DNA of 64,000 nt, from the NCBI GenBank assembly GCA_003990765.1, contig RBNJ01000008.1:1-64000 (forward strand), in the 5' to 3' direction. Of this stretch, positions 1 through 10,803 are shown piece by piece. The DNA is from Jimgerdemannia flammicorona. Taxonomy: Eukaryota. The notes beneath the pieces are model-generated. The model did no database searches and was not told where the DNA came from. It was given only the letters and a program-made list of their open reading frames with translations. The first letter of the stretch is position 1. Every line of letters begins with the position of its first letter. Made by a program: the position numbers and the translations under genes.

Positions 1-942
1 GGTTGGACTGCTGGTAGTGGTGTTACTGGTACTACTTGAGGTACTGGTGCAGAGTGTGATGGGGTTCTTTGGGTCTGTGTAAGTTGCTGGAGTAGTAGTT
101 GTGGGTCTGGAGTGAGGGCTTGATAGATAGCTGTTTGTTGCTGTGTAGGTGTATTCTGTCCTGATGGAGGTACTTCTCCTTCAGTGGTATGTCTGGGATC
201 GAATTCACTGAGATACTCCTCCTCTTCTTCAGTTTGGTTCCCGTATAATTGGGTTTGCTCAGCATCAAAGTAGACAGAATCAGTTGTATATCTGATTTCA
301 GATAGACTTAATTCAAAGTCAAGTTCAGGATCAGTATTGGTTTCAGATTCAGGTAGGGCTGTAGCAGGGCCTGCTTCAGGTTCAGGGTCAGGTAGTTGAT
401 GAAGGGTTTCTCTTGCTTCTTCTTTAAGGATATGACAGGCCTTGCTGTTCTGGAATTGGTAGTATAAGGTGGTCTTGGTCCTGGTGCAGTGAAAGTTGGT
501 AGAGTTGAGCCACTTGGCTACAGAGGCTTGGGCTTTGTGAGGAACTAAGGCTAGAAAGACTGCTGCTGGTTGTCCTAGGTCGCTCAGGTTTGTGGAGCTG
601 ACAAAACTCTTGTTGAGAAGCGTAAAGAAGGCTTCAATAAGACCTTCTTCATCTTGACTTGCTGGATGTAGTGTAAGGAGTTCGGTGAATAGGGTTTCGT
701 CTATTTGCTGGTTTAACCAGAGTACTTCTTTCTTTGAATGAAGTTTGTCTCACTTGTTGCAGGTGTGGAGGTCAAATTGTCTTTGTACATCAGGTTCAAT
801 TCTCTCCAGATTGTCAGATAGTTCAGGATAAATTCCAGTTCAGAGGTTGGGCTTTATACCAACTTGTAGGAATCTCAGAGGGGTTTGTAGCGGGGTGAGG
901 AAGCATCTTGAAGCAGAATTGGATTGTAAACTGCTGCTACCA
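1..942 (-). mobile_element. Internal 5' region (PBS + degenerate gag) of Ty3/gypsy chromovirus-family element, copy A; continues off the left edge
   Basis: Follows the LTR end on the minus strand via ACT-TGGTAGCAGCAG (tRNA-iMet-like PBS). Aligns by eye with 50170-50770, the gag region of copy B, which has RT, integrase and a chromodomain. Confidence 0.8.
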
Positions 943-945
943 AGT

Positions 946-3008
946 TGTAAGAGGATTACTTTTTAGAGTAACTGTTACATAGTTCTGGAAAGGTTTTCTG
1001 GATATTCTGGATGTTCTGGAAGACCGTTTTCTTATGATCAAGATCAATTTCATATAGAGTATGTCCTCTACACTTACTGATTTCAAGATCGGGTTGACAT
1101 CTCAACCAAAGTCCTTTTTTGGACTAGTTCTGAATGTTCAGGATTTTTCCGTATTTCAGGAAGTTCAAGAAACTAAGACCAGCTTAGTTGAATTGGTGTA
1201 TCGCTGCAGACAATACCCAATTAGGAAATTTCGCAACGGGGTTAGGAGTAGGATCTAACAGGGAGCAGATTTACTTAAGAGTGATTTGTGGGTTATTAAA
1301 TAGGTTTATTCGCTATTCATGATATTACTATACTAGGAGTAGTTGTGTAAAGGGATATTGTGGGGAAATATTCAGGAATGTTCTTGTGTGTTCGTGTCTA
1401 ACATTCTGAGGTCTGGGGGAGGGAGTATTTATACTAGTGAGGGGCTATCTAGACTATGCTGAATATGGATGTAGCACTAAGTACCTTGCTGAGTTGGAAT
1501 ACAGTCACATAGTACAAGTATGATCTGAAATGTCAAGGGATCGTTTGACTGCTGAGTCAGTTCACAGTCACATCATACAAGGCTAATCTAACTATACTAT
1601 GACTGCTAGGCTATTTATAGGTTTAGGCGCTGTCTGGATAGTCTTCAATGACATCACCATCGATTGCATCATCTCTGATGAAGTAGTCATCTAGGAATAA
1701 TGGTTTGCGGATTACTTCTCCTTGTTCGCTGAGGTAATAATACATTAGAACTTCATCTTCATCCCACAGGATAGCATCATCTGTCTTGTATGCTGGATAA
1801 GGTATTGGTGGGCAAAGGAGGGGTGCATCATTTTCACTTTCGTCGGATTCGCTGTCTGCATACCTTCTATAGGTTATGGCACTGTGAGTTGTGGGGTTAT
1901 AGTATGCTGGTGGCTGTGGTTCATGTCACTCGTACTCAGGTGGTGGAGTGGTTGGTTCGATCTGGAGGATTGTCTGAAGGTACAGGTTGTGTTCTCTAGT
2001 CTCTTCATTGTAGTTGAAGTAATCAGGGGTGAATGCAGGTTGGTATTCATGCCAGTGGTCATTGTCCCAATAAGTCTTGTATGTTGTTATGAATTGTTGT
2101 AAGTTCATCGGCAAAGTTGGTGGAGTGATCAGAGTTGGCAGAGATCCTTGGCTAGAGGTCATATCGGCATCAGAGGGATCATTGTCTTCTGCTTCATCTT
2201 CATCGAAGTGAATTATATTGTAGATATCCTTCATGGCATATCCAACTTGGAGCATTTGCAGGATTTGATCATTGGGGTGTGGGAAGGTTCTGTCTGTAGT
2301 TTTGATGTACTCGAGGTACTTGTGGTTGAGTTCTTGTATCATGTCATCGATTTGGCCATAGGACAGGGTAGCAACAATTTCGCTAGTAGTAACTTGGAGG
2401 CGGGAAATAATGGTGCTGTACTTGTAGAAGAGTTCTCAATGTTTGCGGGCGATGAGCTTCTGGTGTTGAGATATCTGAGTAATGTCTGTATCATGGTAGT
2501 GTTCAACCATATCTTCCAGGAGGTGGCTGATCTGGTAGTAGCTTGAGATTTGTCCAATTCGGTGGGCCTCGCTAAGTATGTTCAGAGCATTCCATTGGGC
2601 TTCCACAAAGTAGAGGGGTGCTAGGCTATGGATATTCATGAGGGGCAGAGGAGGTGTGGCTCGGTTGACAATGGTATTCCAAATGTTAGCGCAGATATGG
2701 TTGTAGATCTCAGTGGTCATGTTTGTGTGTTTGGAAGTTGTGGTTGTTGTTTGTTTTGGTTCTCTGATTTGACGCGTCTTGGTGCTCGGTATATATACAT
2801 TTGATCCTGATTGGTAAGATTCCATTTATATAAATCTTGTGTTCTGTGACTTTGTATTGACTCAGCTTTGTGCGCTATGACTTCGGTTTGACTTAGCTTT
2901 GTGATCAAGCAGGTGATTTCCAGATTTGTTCAGAGGTCGCGTGTGATTTCAGTGGCTTGTTTAGAGGATGACATGTAATTTCAGTGGCTTGGAGGTTGTG
3001 CGCTTACA
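946..3008 (-). repeat. 5' LTR (~2.06 kb) of chromovirus-family element copy A
   Basis: Termini TGTAAG...CTTACA; homologous over its full length to 40354-42377 and 47151-49190; PBS adjacent; TATA-like TATAAATA at ~1425-1432 on the minus strand. Confidence 0.9.
1623..2720 (-). pseudogene. LTR(U3)-embedded orphan ORF, 365 aa when two TGA codons are read as CGA
   Basis: ORF-track fragments 2436-2825 and 1926-2342 and the segment 1623-1925 are all in one frame (MTTEIYNHIC...IEDYPDSA*). The only interruptions are TGA at 2436 and 1926. The same 1098 nt ATG-to-TAA span occurs at 47417-48514. Confidence 0.75.
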
Positions 3009-4909
3009 TAGCCCTCATGCCCTTCAGCCTATGAGGTTCTGCCAGAGCAGCATTCACAGCTACAACCCATGCAGGAAATGATGCTGATGCTATACTGACA
3101 GTACAGAAGACCTGGCTCTGAAATACATATTATATAGATGAGATCAAGTAAGCCCTGAAGGATCAGCTCAATACAATATGCCAAGGAATGAGTGAGGACC
3201 CAAATACATTCTATATCAGAATTCAATATAAGATAGTCCTTACAGATTATGCTGCTGCTATCTGAGATCAAGTAGCCAAAGCAATCTTCATGAAAGGAGT
3301 CCATCCAGAAATAGCCATGGCTATCTGCTCATCACTAGTGATTCTGGATCTGCCACAAAAGATCACCTATGCTCAGTGATACTAGATAGCCAGACATCCA
3401 CAAGACCATACAATGGAGAGAGTTACAGGAGTCAGAATTAAGACACTTAAGTCAACCAGTGTGATCCCCACCACAATGATCAATTGAAACACACCTCAGC
3501 CCAAAGCTACAGAGCAGTAAAAGAACAGTAACCCTTTGGAGGAACTTACCAAGAGGTTCGCAGAAATGACTGCCCACTTGGGGGATGTAGTAAAGGAGAT
3601 CAGAAGAAGAGACCACTGCTCTGTCCAGAAGTTTGCCACTATCTCAGACAAGAAGAAAGACACCTACTATACTTTTAGAGAAGAAGACCACTACTCTTAT
3701 GAATGTATGAGCAAAACTAAGTATAAGGCTCAACCAAGCAATGTTATATAAAACAAGGAGCAGGCCAATACAATTACCTTCAAGGAAATTGGAGATTCTG
3801 ACGAAGAAAAATGGGAGGCCTATCCTACTCAGACTACCAAGAAGGATATTTGCAAGGAACCCTACAAGAGACCTCCAGGAAGACCCAAGAAGAATCCAGT
3901 AGAAAAGCAGATAGAAACAGCCACTGAAAGCCAAGCTGAAGAGATGGACCAAGATATGGAGCTGGAATAAGCAATTCAAGATATTATCTGAGGAACTACC
4001 CCAGCCAGTGAAGGAGAAAAAGAAAAGAAACTTTGCAAGACCAAGACTTTCAAGTACAATATCTTCAAGGACTTTAGTCAATAAAAAGTCAATGCAACCT
4101 TTAGTCAACTTACAGAAATCCCAACATTCAGACAACAAATGAGGTTCAGACTTGCCGAAACAACCAAGGAGTAAGAATGGAAGATAACCGAGGCCAATAA
4201 CATTCAAGAGGACTCAGGAGAAGAAAGTGAAGACAATCACAAAACCTCCGCCTATGCTATCTACCAGATCGAGGACTGAGTCTTTGAAGCCATCATCGAT
4301 ATGAGAGCAGGAGAATGTCTCATCACTAAGAAAGCAGTAGACTGCCTAGGCTGAGAGATAGAAGAAGCCACCAAATTGGTATTTGTTATAGCTGATGGAA
4401 CATGAGCAATATCTCTGGGAAAGATCCAAAATGTATCTATCAAGTTTAGAGAAGCCACCATCCCAGTAGATGTCATCGTCATCAATATAACTAACTATGA
4501 TATCCTCATTAGCAATCAATGGCTTCACAAAGCCAAGGCAATGATCGATCTCAATGCACAGAAGATGCAAATCATCTACTGGGGAAAGAAGATCAGAATT
4601 CTCATTAATGTCCACAAAGGAGTCTGTCTGGAAATGAAGGAAGAGCAAGAAGAAGAAGCCTACATGGTTACCATGAAGAAAGGAAAAGATAAGCAGTGGA
4701 CAGAGGAAGAATGGTACAAAAGAATTATAGATAGATATGTCCCACTAGGAAGGTGCCCCCATGGTGAAAGAATGTACTGCATCCAGCACTTGGATTGCTG
4801 CTACTCCTGCATCATTGAAGTGAAAAAGATCTCCAACAAGTCAAAGAAGAACCAGGAGGAATCAGAAGATGGACCACCAGAGCTATTGAATGACAGTAAT
4901 GATGAAGAA

Positions 4910-5330
4910 GACATCACAGTCAAGATACGAAGAATCCACCCTGATGTAGTCTTGCTACAGTACAAATCAGAGAATGTAGCAGGAATGGACCTATCTACCA
5001 CAATACACACAATCCTCAAACTGCAAACTACTACTATGCTGGGAACAGAAATCGAAGCAACCATCCTACCAAATCATATTGGAATTCTCAAGACAAGGAG
5101 CAGCTTGGTGAAAAGCAAAATATCCATAGAAGGAGGAGTCATTGATTCAGACTATACAGGAGAAATCTTCCTCCTTGCCAGAAATCATAATCCAACAATC
5201 CTATTTGAAGTAAGGAAGAAGGATCAGCTGGTACAAATGCTCATCCTACCTGTCCTTAACCCAAGAATCAAGAAAGTCACAAACATCAGACAAACTCAGC
5301 AAGGAAGAGCTGGATTTGGCTCTATAGGAA
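4910..5330 (+). pseudogene. dUTPase domain within the retrotransposon pol, between protease and RT
   Basis: Trimeric dUTPase motifs AGMDL, TRSSL, GVIDSDYTGEI, DQLVQML and GRAGFGSIG in ORF 4541-5818. Confidence 0.9.
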
Positions 5331-6842
5331 GAGGAGTCCTTGCAGTAACCAAGATTACAGAATTGGAGCACAAGAAGGAGGAAAGCCAAGATAAACACAC
5401 TTATATAATCGGAAAGAACTTTCTTCTCAGGAAGGAGTTGCAGAACCTCTTGCATACATTTGAAGATGTACTGGTCATAGATTTCAAGGACATCAAGACC
5501 AAGAAACCCTTATACTATCATGATGTCAATACTGGAGATGTGAAACCAATCTATCAAAAAGCCCGCCCTATTCCACCAGCATACAGAGAATGGCTCAAGA
5601 CTGAAATTAAGGAAATGGAGGAATCCAGTATCATCAAGGAAGCCAGCAGCCCTTGGTCTTCACCTATTGTCCTTATACCAAAGAAAGGAAGCCAACTAGG
5701 AGAATTTGCACTAAGACTCTGCATAGACTATAGAAGACTCAACGAAGTCATAGAGAAGGATAGACAACTATTGCCCAATATTGGTGACATTCTTATCATG
5801 CTGGAGAATGAATCATGATTTTACACCACTCTGGATCTGTTCTTAGGATTCTACCAAATTGGTCTTACACCTGAAGCCAGAAAAAGATCAGCCTTCATCA
5901 CTCCTAATGGAACCTATGTCTACCTCCACATGCCTTTTGGAATGTGCAATATACTAGCAAGCTTTTAGTGAATGATGAATAGCAACTTCAGGAATGTTAT
6001 GGAAAAATGGATGATGGTATATGTGGATGATGTGATCATCTTCAGCCAAACAGCCAAGGAGCACTTGGAATATATCAAGGAAATCCTCAGAAGGCTTTGC
6101 AAAAATGGCCTCTACATCAAGCCCAAGAAATGCAAATTTGGAGAAGAAGAAATTGCATACCTCAGACACATCATCAACTATGAAGGAACATACACAGATT
6201 CCACAAAGATCAAGGCAGTAGCAGTATACCCAGTACCTACCAGTATTACTGAAGCCCGAGCCTTCATGGGACTAGCATCCTATTACAGGAGATTTATTTA
6301 AAGATTCTCCCACATTGCTAGCCCTATCTACAATCTGTTCAGAAAAGAGGTCAAGTTCCAGTGGACACAACAACAGCAACTAGCCTTTGATGAACTTAAG
6401 ATCAGGCTGACCCAGGTCTCAATCTTGAGAAGATCTGACTGAATATGAGAATTTATTCTACAGACAGATACCAGTACAATGGGACTTGGAGCTGTTCTTG
6501 TACAGAAGAAGAATGGTGCTGAGTATGTAGTAGCCTATCTTAGCCGAGGTACTCACAGAGCGGAGCAGTCCTATGAGTCATACAAGCTAGAATGTCTTGC
6601 AGTCATCTGGGCTGTAGAGAAGTTCCACTATTACCTGGTAGGAAGATACTTCACCATCCAGACAGACTACTCAGCACTCACCTGGTTGCTCACCACCAGT
6701 AAACCCAAAGGAATCTATGCCTGATGGATTATGAAGCTACAAGCATATGATGCCACAATCACTCACTACCCCAGAAGAACCAATGCCAATACCAATGCCC
6801 TCTCATGGATACTCTGAAGGACCCCACCCCTACAAAATCACT

Positions 6843-8036
6843 ATGAATAGGGAGCTGTACTACGGAATCATCAGCTATCTGGGGCAGCAAAAGATACCCC
6901 TGCATCTGGAAGAATGGACAAAAACAATTATTAATTAGACATGGAAACAATTTGAAACTGATAGAGAAATACTCAAGAAAGGATAACAATTAGTCATCCC
7001 CAAGTACCGAAAGAATCAAGTAATGAAAGAAGTATATGAACAAGGCTATGTAGGAGGAACAAATATATATGACAAAGCAAGAAGAACCATGTAGTGGCCT
7101 GGAATGGAAGAAGATATCAGACAATTTATCAGAATCTGTGACAAATGTCAGAAACAGAAACAAGACTAATGAAACCAGGCCCCAGGATCAGCACACATAG
7201 AACCAGTACCATTTGCCTATATAGCAATGGATGTAATTAGCCCCCTACCCTTGACCCTGACTGGTAACTGATATATCATTGTCATCGTAGACCTTTTTAC
7301 GAAGTGGATAGAAGCAGGACCTCTCAAGGAAGCCAATGCACAGTCAATCACCGATTTCTTCTACAAGGAAATCATCTGCTGGTTCAAGACCCCAACACAA
7401 GTAACTATAGATAGAGGAACAGAATTTGTGAACCAGCTCTTTGAGGTTCTCTATAAGAAGTACAAGATCCAGTATATTCAGACCACAGCCTATCACCCCC
7501 AAGGAAATGGACAAGCAGAAAGAACTAACAAGACCCTCAAGAATGTTATCGCTAAGATCTGTGATAACTATGAAAACTGGGATCACTATCTGCCAATAGC
7601 ATTATCTGCTCTCCGAGATATCAGATCACAAAGTACCCACTTTACCCCTCAGGAGATGCTATTCGGAGAAGAAAGTTTTAGTGGAAGTTTGTTAGCAAAT
7701 AATAATGCAGTCTGGAAGCATGTAGACATGGAGATATGGAGATTATATCAAATTAGGAAAAAGGCAGAGGATTACATAATCAAGGTACAGGCACTACAAC
7801 AGAGCAATGCAGAAAAGATCCACAAGCCCCTGGAGATTATTAAGATAGGAGATGAAGTCCTGGTGTACTGGAATATGGTAGAAGCTTCTTGGTCATAAAA
7901 ACTGGAGCCCAAGTGGGAAGGACCTTATCTGGTGCAAGATATAAAAGGGACTACTTTCTGACTATGAAAGCCCTTAGGCACAATAATCCCCACCACCATT
8001 CACCGAAACCAACTCAAGAAATATCATAGCCAGTAA
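6843..8036 (+). pseudogene. Integrase ORF of the dUTPase gypsy element, in a different frame from gag-pol
   Basis: ATG at 6843 (MNRELYYGIISYL), decayed HHCC (CDKC), DDE core and WEGPY; one frame to TAA at 8034-8036 with internal stops. Confidence 0.8.
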
Positions 8037-8049
8037 CAAAAGTACTGCG

Positions 8050-8529
8050 ATGGCACTCAAGATTACTAGTGCTGCCCAAAGAGCCATCAAGAGACAATGG
8101 TATACCACTGAGCCTCTGACCATAGAAGAGTCTTATGATAGTATCCAAAGTATTGTACAGACTCATCTCTCTCAAATCTCATACTTCAAGGCCTATCAGT
8201 ATCAAAATGAATTTCAAGAGTACTTCAAACTTGGCCAAGTACTCAACCAAGACCCAGAAATGACCAAAGAAAATTGGATTACAGAATGCCAGCTCTCCTA
8301 TTCTCAGATCACCATTGCTAAGAGAATTCACAAGCTATTCCGAGAGGATGAACTAGCACTAGCCCACCTGTGAGGAGTGACTCCCTCAGACTTCGACCAA
8401 GTCAGGTGACATCATTGGGAAACAGTAATGCAACAAATTATATAGTATAAGACCATACAGACCATTGAAGCCTGAGAGTTTGAATAGATACTTCAGGGAC
8501 AAGATCATCTATTCAGGAGGAAGTTGTGA
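8050..8529 (+). pseudogene. Accessory ORF3 of the gypsy element between integrase and PPT, unknown function
   Basis: ATG 13 nt after the integrase stop; 107 aa open, and the frame continues through TGA/TAG (probable CGA/CAG decay) towards the LTR. Confidence 0.55.
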
Positions 8530-8991
8530 TAGTATAGCCAGATTTAGAAGAAGGAAATAGGGAACAGACACTTGATTGCACCCAGTCCCAAAGTAGTATA
8601 GCCACATAGTTAGCAGTCCTCAATTTCGCCACTTGCTAAATATTTCGCAAAGTGCGAGATTGAGCTTCTCGATATAGTATAGCATTTCACAACTAGTGAA
8701 ATATTTCACAAAGTGTTAAATGACTCATAAACTTAGCCACATAACTCAGTAACCATCTCATAGCTAGCAAACTTGTATAAATAACCCAGTATCTTCAAGT
8801 GAATAAACCTCAGATCAAAATAGTTCAAAGCAAAGAGATAGCAAAGGAACTAGTAAACCTGTAGGCAGATATACTTCAAACTCACCTACCCTCCCTACAA
8901 CTTCAAGAGACTCTGCGAGAGTCAGAAGAGTCAAGTTTTCAAGATATAGAAATCCGATGTACTTTCAAGAGTAAGTATCTGCTATATTACA
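8525..8991 (+). repeat. 3' LTR of the dUTPase gypsy element (~467 bp)
   Basis: Purine tract AGGAGGAAG immediately upstream; TGTGATA...TATTACA termini; internal TATAAATA and AATAAA. Confidence 0.7.
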
Positions 8992-9027
8992 ATAGATACA
9001 TATGTAGATAATAAAGGAGTCCAAGTC

Positions 9028-9032
<5 letters not shown>

Positions 9033-9103
<71 letters not shown>
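9033..9103 (+). repeat. Poly(A) tract, ~71 nt
   Basis: Seen directly; homopolymer length may be assembly-uncertain. Confidence 0.9.
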
Positions 9104-9105
<2 letters not shown>

Positions 9106-10560
9106 GTATAGAGAGCTAGTATAATAAGAATACTAAATAAAACACCAAACCTTTCTCTGAGATACATTAGATGAGTAGTGTCAGAAAAGAGCAATGAGTA
9201 GTATTGATAAAATAAGCTACTAGATGATATAATGATTAATTATAATATTTAAATGACATTATAATCAAGATATCATATAAGTAGCTTATAGTAACTTACA
9301 GCTTGAATATTAAAAATAAAAATAAAAATAAAAATAAAACCCTTATTAAATATTAACAGTTTTAAGCTGATATGTCTTATTATTATTATAAAACAATTTA
9401 AAATAAATATATTTATTATTAATAAAGTTAGAATTTTTTTTTTTTTTTTGTAAGCAAATTTGTCTACATTATAGTCTAAGAGATAGTATATATTATGAGC
9501 TTCATTTGTGAGTTTGACAATATAAATGTGATCTTGCATAATGCTCAGTAATCATTTATGGTATCATAATCTTGAATTAGTACTTGTGGCTTTATATATT
9601 CTGCTAAGTTATATTCATTGAAAAGATTTATTATATGAAATACTCAAATAGTATAGTCTTTCTTATTAAAGATCAGGATGGACCTCTTAACTATATTTAT
9701 GCTAATAATAAAACTATATTTCTCATACCTGTTGAGGTTATACCTATAGTTGGTAGAATACTTGTAATTGGTACATGTATATCTATTTCTATGCTTATAT
9801 TACTAGACTGATCTTCTGATATTTTTAGTATATATATAGTATATTTAAAGAGATGTTTTACTATAGCTGCTTAGTACTAATAGACTTATAACCTTTGTTA
9901 TAAAGAGAGGACAATTTTATTAAAGTTATATAGGTTATATATTTCTCATATTATTAATGAATAATGTAAATCTGATAGAATGGCATAAGATCATGTGCTG
10001 ATATATTGAGTTACTATCTCAATAAACTGTTGAAATTCTTTTAGCATTCTGATCTTATATAACTGTTAGAAATTATTCCAGTATTCTGATCTTATACAAC
10101 TAATTATATAGATACTTAAATTTATACTTATAACCAAAGTTTTTTATATTTAAATATTTTATTTATTTAATTATTAAAATTTATATTTAGTTTTATAACT
10201 TAGCAACTATTGAATTATATTTTATATAAAATCTCTCTCATTTCTTTTGAAATAAAGTCAGTAGTCAAATATTTAAACACTTAAACATTTAAGTCTCCAA
10301 CTACTCAAGAGTATAGAAGTTTCAGTTCTCTACTCAATTCCAAGCAAACATATCCAAAAGACATAGAATAGTTTAAAGATAAGAAGTTTGAGGACTATAA
10401 GACCTTGGAAAGATACTCCAATAGAACTTGCTTATAAGAAACTTATAGTTGGTCTAAAAAATACACCTTGAAGAGAATCTGATATACTTGAAGAACTTAG
10501 CACCCCCTATGTGACATTATATATAATTTTGAATAGAAAAATAACCTTTTTATATTTAAA
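9104..10560. other. AT-rich, CpG-depleted relic of an unclassified repeat
   Basis: Composition like the eroded TEs; no recognisable protein motif. Confidence 0.4.
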
Positions 10561-10803
10561 AAAAAAAAAAAAAAAAAAAAATGAAAAACCCCCCCCCCAT
10601 AGTTTTAATTTGAAAATTAAAATTTGCAGACAAATTTGCCTGCAAAGCGAATTAATGGATAGTCTTGTTTTGAGCCAGATATATATTATATTTTAAAATA
10701 ATATGGAGTATAAACAAGAGATAATATGCACACTTTGCATGTTGCTTTAAAAGAAAACGATTCGACGGTCCATATTAAATTTATTTCTGGCTTACAAGTG
10801 TCA

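Larger units (their letters stand above)
3009..8991 (+). mobile_element. Degenerate Ty3/gypsy LTR retrotransposon with dUTPase (gag-PR-DUT-RT-RNaseH, INT, ORF3, 3' LTR), 5' part interrupted by copy A
   Basis: Decayed zinc knuckle (~3666), protease AIID-RA (~4290), dUTPase motifs, RT SPWSSPIVLIPKK/LRLCIDYRRLN/YVDD, RNase H KLECLAVIWAVEKF, integrase D-D-E (AMDV, IDRGTEF, GQAERTNKTL), WEGPY, PPT and LTR. Confidence 0.93.

Noticed and set aside
2426-2446. TGA recoding (selenocysteine, readthrough or alternative code) in TE ORFs
   Set aside because: The TGA/TAG stops fit CGA/CAG/TGG transitions seen throughout the repeats, and host genes use TGA as a normal stop.
8982-9194. PolyPhe ORF
   Set aside because: Antisense translation of the poly(A) tract.
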